Assembly (NCBI GenBank): GCA_034429715.1
Contig: DAOUFR010000013.1
Coordinates: forward strand, 56,095 to 120,094
DNA from: Dehalococcoidia bacterium
GTDB taxonomy: Bacteria; Chloroflexota; Dehalococcoidia; GIF9; UBA5629
Reading direction: 5' to 3'
Length of the DNA: 64,000 nt
The position numbers and the translations under genes were made by a program. Below, piece by piece: positions 57,365-64,000 of this stretch (the stretch's first letter is position 1; the number at the start of each line of letters is the position of its first letter). A model generated the notes under the pieces. The model saw only the letters and a list, made by a program, of their open reading frames with translations. It ran no database searches and was not told the DNA's origin.

Positions 57365-57970
57365 TTATTTTCTGATCTCCGCCTCTATCTCCTTGCGCAG
57401 CTTATCAACGTCCAGACTCTTCAAGGAGAAGCCGAGCAGCATCAGCAGCAGGCCGAAAATCACCAGGTAAACGGAAACAATGACGACCAGCAGCAACGTG
57501 CCCGCAACGATGTTGGCCAGTATCAGTCCGCCCAGCAGCACGGAGATGATGCCGGAGACAAGTATCATCCAGGCGCCGGGTATGTACTTCCACTGGGCGA
57601 TGGAGAACACCAGCTCGAGTATGCCCGTGAGCAGCGCCCAGAAAGCGATAAAATAAATGATGATGACGCCCGCCAGCAGCGGCGCGAACAGTATGGCGAT
57701 ACCCGCCAGTATGCCGATAATGCCCTCTGCAATCAGCCAGGCGCGGTCTCTGTGGGGCGGCCTATTGATGATGCCCACTATCAGGGCGAATATACCGTCC
57801 AGCAGGGCATAGATACCGATAAACAGAATCAGCAGTTCAGCTGCCGTCAGGGGATCTAGGATCAGCAAGACGATGCCCAGGACAAGGGCGACCAGCCCGC
57901 GCAACGAGATCAGCCACCATCTCTTTACCATTGTCTCCAGCATTTCAACCTCCTTTTGGGAGCACTCCAA
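57365..57970 (-). CDS. HdeD/DUF308-family membrane protein
   Basis: Repeated GxxxG-rich TM helices of the DUF308 type. The likely true start is an internal Met (MLETMVKRWW, near 57934). Confidence 0.55.
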   Translation of the reverse strand: MECSQKEVEMLETMVKRWWLISLRGLVALVLGIVLLILDPLTAAELLILFIGIYALLDGIFALIVGIINRPPHRDRAWLIAEGIIGILAGIAILFAPLLAGVIIIYFIAFWALLTGILELVFSIAQWKYIPGAWMILVSGIISVLLGGLILANIVAGTLLLVVIVSVYLVIFGLLLMLLGFSLKSLDVDKLRKEIEAEIRK

Positions 57971-58180
57971 GCGTATTATATATTGTCAGGCAATGCCGCG
58001 GCTACTATAATGTGTACCCGACATCATGGACAATAAATATATTAAGATAGCTGTCATACTGGTTATCGCCAGCTTCATCATTGTAACAATGGTTTTCGCT
58101 GTCATCGTGCTGGCCGTCCGGGGCCCGGAATGGCTGGGCAAATGACGCTTGAGTAGCCTCAGCCCGGGCGCTGCTATAGC

Positions 58181-59626
58181 TCAGCCGCGCTTGAGGAATT
58201 CCCCGTAGGTCACCATGGAGTTAAGCACTTTGGCTGCCTCGTCGGGCATGCTGTAGCAGACCATATTCTCCTTCGCGATGCAGCGCAATATGTCCACATC
58301 GAGCGCACGCTCGCCGCGCGGCGTCGGCAGCTCCGCCGCTATGATGACGGGTTTGTCGTATTTGCGGGATATGGCCTTCATCTCGCGGAAGGAATTGGTG
58401 TAGGAGTCGACGACGAACTCAAAAAATTTCTTTTTCTCTTCCTCATTGGTGGGAAGTCCCACCCTGGCGAAGTGCGGGAAGGGCACACCCAGGGCCAGAA
58501 CGCTGTCGGTTGCTTCGCACCTGGCCAGTATATCCACCACCCTGGTGATGTTGTCGGCCGACCCGGCCACCAGGTCCACGGGATTATTGCGGCTCCACCA
58601 ACCCGGCAGGAACGAGTCCAGCTCTTTAATCACATCCTCCGGCAGCTTGATAACGTCCAGACCCAACCTGGCGCAGGCGTCCGCTGCCAGCACGCCCCAG
58701 CCTCCTCCCAGCGTAGCGATGCCCACCCTGCGTCCGCGAGGTATGGGATGGCAGATAAAGCCATAGCCCAGGTTCATCAGCTCCTGCAGGTTGTTGGCTC
58801 TGACTATACCTGCCTGCCGGCTGATGCCGTTAAATACCTCGGCCGATCCGGAGAGGGCGGCGGTGTGCGACCTGGCCGCCGAGGCGCCGGCCTCTGTCTC
58901 CCCCACCTTGATCATCACGATGGGTTTTTTAAGGCTGGTTCTCTTTGCTATCTCAAAAAACCTGCGCCCGTCCTTGAAGCCTTCGATATAGCTGAGGATA
59001 ACTTTTGTGTGATCGTCGCCCGCCAGGTACTCCAGAAAATCCTCGGTGCGCAGGTCCGCCTCGTTGCCGATGCTGACCAGACGGCTGACTCCGAATTCGA
59101 TGGACATGGCCCGGCGCGCTATGGTCAGTCCCACGTTGCCGCTCTGGGAGACGACCGCCATCTCACCGTCCGGTGGAAAGATGGGCGGCATTTGCGCATA
59201 GAGCTTGGCCGCCGGGCTGAGTATGCCGAAGCAGTTGGGGCCGACCAGCCTGAGGCCGCCCTGCCTGGCGATGCGCACTATCTCCTCCTGCACCGCCGCC
59301 CCGTCCCGGCCTACCTCGGCGAAGCCCGCGGTCACCACCACACCGGCCTTGATACCTTTGGCGACACACTCTTTTATAGTGTCAACCATAGCCGGGGGCG
59401 GAACCACGATAACCGCCAGGTCCGGGACCTCGGGTATCTCCTCGATTGTGCTGTAAATCTTCAGGCCCAGCACCTCGCCGCCTTTGGGATTGACCGGATA
59501 TATATTGCCCTGGAAGCCTCCTGTACGCACATTGGCCAGGATTCGAAATCCCCATTTCTTGGTATCCGTGGATGCCCCCAGAAAGGCGAGTGAACGCGGC
59601 GCGAAGAAGCGGTTGAAATCAGTCAT
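58181..59626 (-). CDS. acetate--CoA ligase (ADP-forming) family protein, alpha-domain paralog
   Basis: CoA-binding N-terminus (FLGASTD), succinyl-CoA-synthetase-like fold. Paralog of 17386-18828. Confidence 0.75.
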   Translation of the reverse strand: MTDFNRFFAPRSLAFLGASTDTKKWGFRILANVRTGGFQGNIYPVNPKGGEVLGLKIYSTIEEIPEVPDLAVIVVPPPAMVDTIKECVAKGIKAGVVVTAGFAEVGRDGAAVQEEIVRIARQGGLRLVGPNCFGILSPAAKLYAQMPPIFPPDGEMAVVSQSGNVGLTIARRAMSIEFGVSRLVSIGNEADLRTEDFLEYLAGDDHTKVILSYIEGFKDGRRFFEIAKRTSLKKPIVMIKVGETEAGASAARSHTAALSGSAEVFNGISRQAGIVRANNLQELMNLGYGFICHPIPRGRRVGIATLGGGWGVLAADACARLGLDVIKLPEDVIKELDSFLPGWWSRNNPVDLVAGSADNITRVVDILARCEATDSVLALGVPFPHFARVGLPTNEEEKKKFFEFVVDSYTNSFREMKAISRKYDKPVIIAAELPTPRGERALDVDILRCIAKENMVCYSMPDEAAKVLNSMVTYGEFLKRG

Positions 59627-59798
59627 GAATAGCCAGTCCTTTTAGAAAAATAGCGGCGCCGGTTGGCGGTCACATAAAACAGCAGATATTTTAACACCAC
59701 CTGTAGCCTGTAACAAATGGAGCAGCCTGTCCGGTCACCTGCCGGGCGATGCAAACTGTTATAATAAGCCCGGGCACACCGGGAGTGAGAGGGTTAGC

Positions 59799-60368
59799 AT
59801 GGAGATATGGAGAAAGCTGCTCAACCGTATGATGCGGGCCTCAAGGCTGGATTCCGGCTTCTTCGAGGAGATGGAGACCGAGGAAGATGCCCTGGCGCAC
59901 GCCATAATGGTAGCCTTAATAGTCAGCGCGGCCACGGGCATCGGCATGGGCCTGGCCGCCCTGGTAGGAGGCGCGGGCGCCCTGTGGTTCCTCTGGGGTT
60001 TGTTGAGCGGGTTCCTGGCTTCGCTGGCCGGATGGTACGCCTGGGTGCTGATCACCTTCTTCTGCGGCACAACCTTCCTGCGCGGGCCTGAAAAGGCCAG
60101 CCTGGGCGAACTGACCCGTACCCTGGGCCTGGCCAACTCGCCGGGTATCCTGCGCATACTGGCCTTCGTCCCCATGTTCGGATGGCTCATGCTGGCGTTG
60201 TCAGGCATCTGGACGCTGGCCTCCGGCGTGATCGCCGTAAAACAGACCCTTGAATTCGATACGGGCAGGGCTGCAGCTACGTGCATCTTCGGCTGGCTCG
60301 TTTACATGGCCGCGCTTGTCCTGGTTTATATCTGGCTGCCTTCGCCCTATAAGATACTGAATTTTTAA
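59799..60368 (+). CDS. Yip1-family membrane protein
   Basis: Five TM helices with Yip1-domain topology. Confidence 0.65.
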   Translation: MEIWRKLLNRMMRASRLDSGFFEEMETEEDALAHAIMVALIVSAATGIGMGLAALVGGAGALWFLWGLLSGFLASLAGWYAWVLITFFCGTTFLRGPEKASLGELTRTLGLANSPGILRILAFVPMFGWLMLALSGIWTLASGVIAVKQTLEFDTGRAAATCIFGWLVYMAALVLVYIWLPSPYKILNF

Positions 60369-60415
60369 TACCTGTCACGCGGCAGCCCCTGGAAATCTGC
60401 AGATGGGGACAGTCC

Positions 60416-63400
60416 TTGTTAAACACACTCGTTAAGAAACACAAAAAGGGCGATCTCTCCCCTCTTACCGTCATCGTACCTACCACCTATGCCGGCCTTT
60501 CCCTGCGCCGCAGGATGGCTGAGGACAGGGGACTGGTCAACGTCCGCTTCATGGCCCTGCCCCGACTGGCCGAATATTTAGGCGCGCCTTCGCTGGCGGC
60601 GCAGGGCAAATCCCCGCTCACGCCCATGATCCGACTGGCGGCGGTCAGGCATTTCGCCCGCGAAATGGCGGCCAAACCGCCCCTGGGCGCCGTGTCGCTT
60701 CACCCGCAGTTCCACCTTTACCTGAGGCAGACTTTCAGCGAATTCAATGGATTGTCCGAGAGCGATTTACACGGCCTGGAGGCCTCCGGCGACGTGGTGC
60801 GCCAGGTCGTGCACTGGTACAGAAAATATATCAATCGACTAACTCCGTTTTACACGCGTGAGGAGCTCTACCGCGCAGCCGCCTCCGCCGTGAAGGACGG
60901 CACAGCGGGTGGAGCCCTGCGCGACCTGGGCTTCATCATTTTCTACGGCACACCCCGCTTCACGCGCTCCGAGAGGGAGCTTATCGCAGAGCTGGCCCGG
61001 GCCGGGCTGTGCGAGGTCGTTCTTCCCATCACGGGTGAACCGGAAGCCGACAGGCCGGCGATGCTGGAGGCCGAAAAGCTGAAGGCGTGCAGGGCGCCGG
61101 TGCAAACGCGCCCCACCTTCGGAAATAGCGGCGCGGGTGCAAGCCATATGCTGGTTTCGCCCAGCGCGACCGAAGAGGTGCGCTGGACGGTCCGCAGCAT
61201 CATGCAGGACGCAGAGACAGGACTGCCTTTCCACCGCACGGCCGTGCTTTATCGCAACGCAGACCCATATGCATCCATAATCCAGAGTCAGTTCTCCGCA
61301 GCCGGCATCCCGCTATCCGGGCCCGACCCCAGGACGCTGCGCGATACGCCGGCGGGCAGGCTGCTGACCGGCCTGCTGGACGTGCTGGCCGGCGATCTCG
61401 ATCGCGCCCGCCTGATGCACTGGATCGCCGAGGCGCCTGTGAGTGCCAAACAGGGCCTTTACCCGGCATCGTCCGAGCTGGTCCGCTGGGAGGTGATCTC
61501 CCAGGAGGCCGGCATCGTCTCAGGCCGGCGGTCCTGGGCCGAGCGGCTGGCCGGCTACATCCAGAGCAGGAAGGCCGAGCTTGACGACCTGCGGTCGGAC
61601 GAGGAGGCCAGCCCGGCCCGCATCGCGGGCAAAGAGGGGCAGGTCGCATCCGCAGCCAGACTGCTGGAGTTCGTGGGTGAAGTTGCCTCGCAGAAACCGC
61701 CTGCAGAGGGCAGGCCATGGAGCGAGTTCGCTGATTGGGCGCTGGCCATGCTGAAGAAGTTCGCGCACCGCCCGGATGAGTGGCCCGAAACAGACCGGGA
61801 GTCCCTTGAGCGCGTGCGTGAGACTATCGGCGACATGAGGGGGCTGGACACCATTGAGGACGGCACGACCCTGGCCTCATTCCGCCAGATGCTGGACGAT
61901 ATGCTGGCCGCGGCGGCCGATATACTGGGCAAGGTGGGAAAGGGTGTCTTCGCCGCCCCTCTCAAGATGGCCCAGTGCATGGATTTCGATACCGTTTACA
62001 TCATAGGCATGGCCGAGGGCGCCTTCCCTCCGGCCAACGCCGACGACGCCGTATTGCCCGACGCCGTGCGCGCATCGCTGGACATGGAAGAAGCGCTGCC
62101 GCTGAGGTCCGAGCGCAGGATGGAGGAGCGCAGGCTTTTCCTCGAGGCGCTGGCCTCGGGTCAGAAGCGCATCCTGTCCTACTGCAAGGCAACGGCCTCC
62201 AATGAGCGCTCTCAGTATCCTTCGCCGTGGTTCGTAGCCGCGGCCTCGGCTCTGAGCGGCAGCCCCTTGAGCACTTCGGCGCTGGAGAAGATGGGCAGCC
62301 GTCCCTGGCTCACCATCATCCAATCGCCCCGGCACGGGCTGAAGCTGGCAGCAGGCGCATCCTTCGCCGATGAACGCGACTATGAGCTGAGCAGCCTGGC
62401 GCGCTGGCACGATGCGGGCAGGCCGGTCCGGGACCACTTCCTCAACCCGCCGGGCAGCACCGGCAGGCGTGTCCTGGACATGGAGGACGCCCGCAACAGC
62501 ACCCGCTTCACCGCCTGGGACGGCAATCTGGCAGGGGCCAGGCAGGCCAGCCAGAGGTTGACCATCGTGGACGGCGCAGCTTTTTCCGCCACGCGGCTGG
62601 AGAAATGGGCAGGCTGTCCCTTTAAATATTTCCTGGAGAACATACTCAATATTGCTGTGCTCGATCCTCCCGAAGAGCTGCTGGAGATCGATCCCATGGA
62701 GCGAGGCTCGCTGCTCCACAGGGTGCTGGAGCGGTTTCATAACGAGTGTTCGTCCTCCAGTATCGTGCCGGCTCACGGCGCCCCCTGGCAGAAAAAGCAT
62801 CTGGCTCTGCTCACCGGCATCGCCATGGATGAGTTCGAGGAGGCCGGCAGGCGCGGCGTTACCGGCCATCCCCTGCTCTGGCAGGCGGCTCAAACCGAGA
62901 TGCTGCACGATCTTTCCGTCTTCCTGCAGGAGGACAACGCTCTACGCGCCCGCAACGTTTCGAAACCCGAGTATGCCGAGTACAGCTTCGGCATAGACGG
63001 CGACGCAAGGTCCCACGCCGCGCCCCGCGTGCGGCTGGCAGGGGGACCGACTATAAAATTTCGCGGCAAGATAGACCGCATCGATTTCAATCCGGGTCGC
63101 AGCAGAGCCTGGGTGATTGATTACAAAACCGGCAGGGCGCGCAACCTGGATGTGTTCAAAAAGGACATGCTGATCGGCGGCACGCTGCTGCAGCTGCCGG
63201 TTTACGCGCTCGCGCTGCGCGCCGGCATGGACAAGGATTGTGTGATCGAGGCCATGTACTGGTACAACACGGGCCGCGGGGGCTTCAGGCGTATGGAGGT
63301 CCCGCTGGCAGAGGTCGAAAACAGATTCCGGGAGTGCCTGGACGTGATCATAAGCGGCATTGCCGCCGGCATGTTTGCGGCCAATCCCGGCCGCGTCGAA

Positions 63401-63547
63401 AACGAAGACTTCGGAAGCTGCGGCTGGTGCGATTTCAAACGCGTTTGCCATTCAGACCGCCATATACAGTGGGAGAGGAAGTCCGGCGACCCCGGGCTGC
63501 AACGTTACCTGCGCATGCAGGATATCGAAGGGCATTTGAATCCATGA
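60416..63547 (+). CDS. addB: AddB-type helicase-nuclease subunit (inactive helicase-like N-terminus, C-terminal PD-(D/E)XK nuclease with Fe-S cluster)
   Basis: C-terminal nuclease motif GKIDRIDF...IDYKTG. Four Cys (CPFKYF ... [10 protein letters not shown]) matching the AddB Fe-S staple. No intact N-terminal Walker A. Confidence 0.75.
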   Translation: MLNTLVKKHKKGDLSPLTVIVPTTYAGLSLRRRMAEDRGLVNVRFMALPRLAEYLGAPSLAAQGKSPLTPMIRLAAVRHFAREMAAKPPLGAVSLHPQFHLYLRQTFSEFNGLSESDLHGLEASGDVVRQVVHWYRKYINRLTPFYTREELYRAAASAVKDGTAGGALRDLGFIIFYGTPRFTRSERELIAELARAGLCEVVLPITGEPEADRPAMLEAEKLKACRAPVQTRPTFGNSGAGASHMLVSPSATEEVRWTVRSIMQDAETGLPFHRTAVLYRNADPYASIIQSQFSAAGIPLSGPDPRTLRDTPAGRLLTGLLDVLAGDLDRARLMHWIAEAPVSAKQGLYPASSELVRWEVISQEAGIVSGRRSWAERLAGYIQSRKAELDDLRSDEEASPARIAGKEGQVASAARLLEFVGEVASQKPPAEGRPWSEFADWALAMLKKFAHRPDEWPETDRESLERVRETIGDMRGLDTIEDGTTLASFRQMLDDMLAAAADILGKVGKGVFAAPLKMAQCMDFDTVYIIGMAEGAFPPANADDAVLPDAVRASLDMEEALPLRSERRMEERRLFLEALASGQKRILSYCKATASNERSQYPSPWFVAAASALSGSPLSTSALEKMGSRPWLTIIQSPRHGLKLAAGASFADERDYELSSLARWHDAGRPVRDHFLNPPGSTGRRVLDMEDARNSTRFTAWDGNLAGARQASQRLTIVDGAAFSATRLEKWAGCPFKYFLENILNIAVLDPPEELLEIDPMERGSLLHRVLERFHNECSSSSIVPAHGAPWQKKHLALLTGIAMDEFEEAGRRGVTGHPLLWQAAQTEMLHDLSVFLQEDNALRARNVSKPEYAEYSFGIDGDARSHAAPRVRLAGGPTIKFRGKIDRIDFNPGRSRAWVIDYKTGRARNLDVFKKDMLIGGTLLQLPVYALALRAGMDKDCVIEAMYWYNTGRGGFRRMEVPLAEVENRFRECLDVIISGIAAGMFAANPGRVENEDFGSCGWCDFKRVCHSDRHIQWERKSGDPGLQRYLRMQDIEGHLNP

Positions 63548-64000
63548 ACAACCTACCGCTTACGGCCGATCATGCTTCCCGCAGCAGGATATCTGAAAAC
63601 CTGCAGGAAGGCCTCTTCGTTGAGGCCGGCGCCGGCACGGGGAAAACCACCGAGATGGTCTCACGCATCGTCAACCTGATCAGGCAGGGCGTGACCACCA
63701 TCGACCGCCTGGCCGCCATCACCTTTACCGAGATGGCGGCCGCCGAGCTGCGCGATCGTGTCAGGCGCGGCCTGGAAGATTATGCCCTCTCATCCGGCGC
63801 CGGCGAAGAGGAGAGACGGCGCTGCCGGCAGGCGGCCGCCGATATGGACGGCGCCAGCATCCAGACATTGCACAGCTTCGCAGCCTCTCTGCTGCGCGAG
63901 CGTCCGCTGGAGGCGGGGCTGCCGCCCAACTTCCGCATCGCCGAGCCCATCGAGGCCGACATACGTTTCGAGGATAAATGGCAATCGTGGCTGCACGGTG
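63544..64000 (+). CDS. addA: AddA/UvrD-type helicase-nuclease subunit, N-terminal part (continues past the window end)
   Basis: Walker A AGAGTGKT and UvrD-like motif Ia. Start overlaps the addB stop. Confidence 0.75.
   Translation, partial: MNNLPLTADHASRSRISENLQEGLFVEAGAGTGKTTEMVSRIVNLIRQGVTTIDRLAAITFTEMAAAELRDRVRRGLEDYALSSGAGEEERRRCRQAAADMDGASIQTLHSFAASLLRERPLEAGLPPNFRIAEPIEADIRFEDKWQSWLHG

Noticed and set aside
58015-58146. 39-aa hydrophobic ORF (MDNKYIKIAVILVIASFIIVTMVFAVIVLAVRGPEWLGK) between HdeD-like and ACS-like genes
   Set aside because: Too short and lacking a clear Shine-Dalgarno. Could be a real small membrane peptide, but the evidence is insufficient to call it.
1-64000. CRISPR array or cas genes
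   Set aside because: I saw no regularly spaced direct repeats and no Cas-like proteins in any frame.

Overview
This 64 kb window is a high-GC (about 60%) bacterial chromosomal segment with two lower-GC inserts. Gene content suggests an anaerobic bacterium, possibly Chloroflexota, though this is low-confidence. Most of the window is housekeeping: hisS, lysS, serS, greA, relA/spoT, rpsT, dinB, pyrF, plsY, folC, speE-speH, tldD-tldE, cutA and an amino-acid ABC transporter. The window also carries an archaeal-type homocysteine biosynthesis gene pair (COG1900/DUF39 plus NIL-ferredoxin), two ADP-forming acetyl-CoA synthetase paralogs, and an AddB-AddA recombination nuclease at the right edge. The two compositionally distinct regions are: (1) an AT-rich island at 1-2340 holding only small or unknown ORFs and a DUF3761-type lipoprotein, with a gene pair just outside its right boundary (2344-5311) encoding a wHTH-nucleotidyltransferase-like protein and a 648-aa tandem-patatin protein; (2) a roughly 50% GC cassette at 49.6-57.0 kb with an Lrp regulator, three family III CoA-transferases, an MFS transporter and an acyl-CoA dehydrogenase, ending near tRNA-Ser(UGA). 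The feature I rate most interesting is three tandem, independently promoted paralogs (43725-49576), each built from cytoplasmic double zinc ribbons, one TM helix, two FN3-like repeats and a C-terminal TlpA-like CxxC thioredoxin domain. I also note a 5-gene TldD-TldE-PAC2-HEAT-GNAT operon, a strongly expressed secreted protein with about 26 cysteines, and an unannotated 51-aa Cys-rich gene below the ORF-track cutoff. I found no CRISPR array, rRNA, integrase or transposase.
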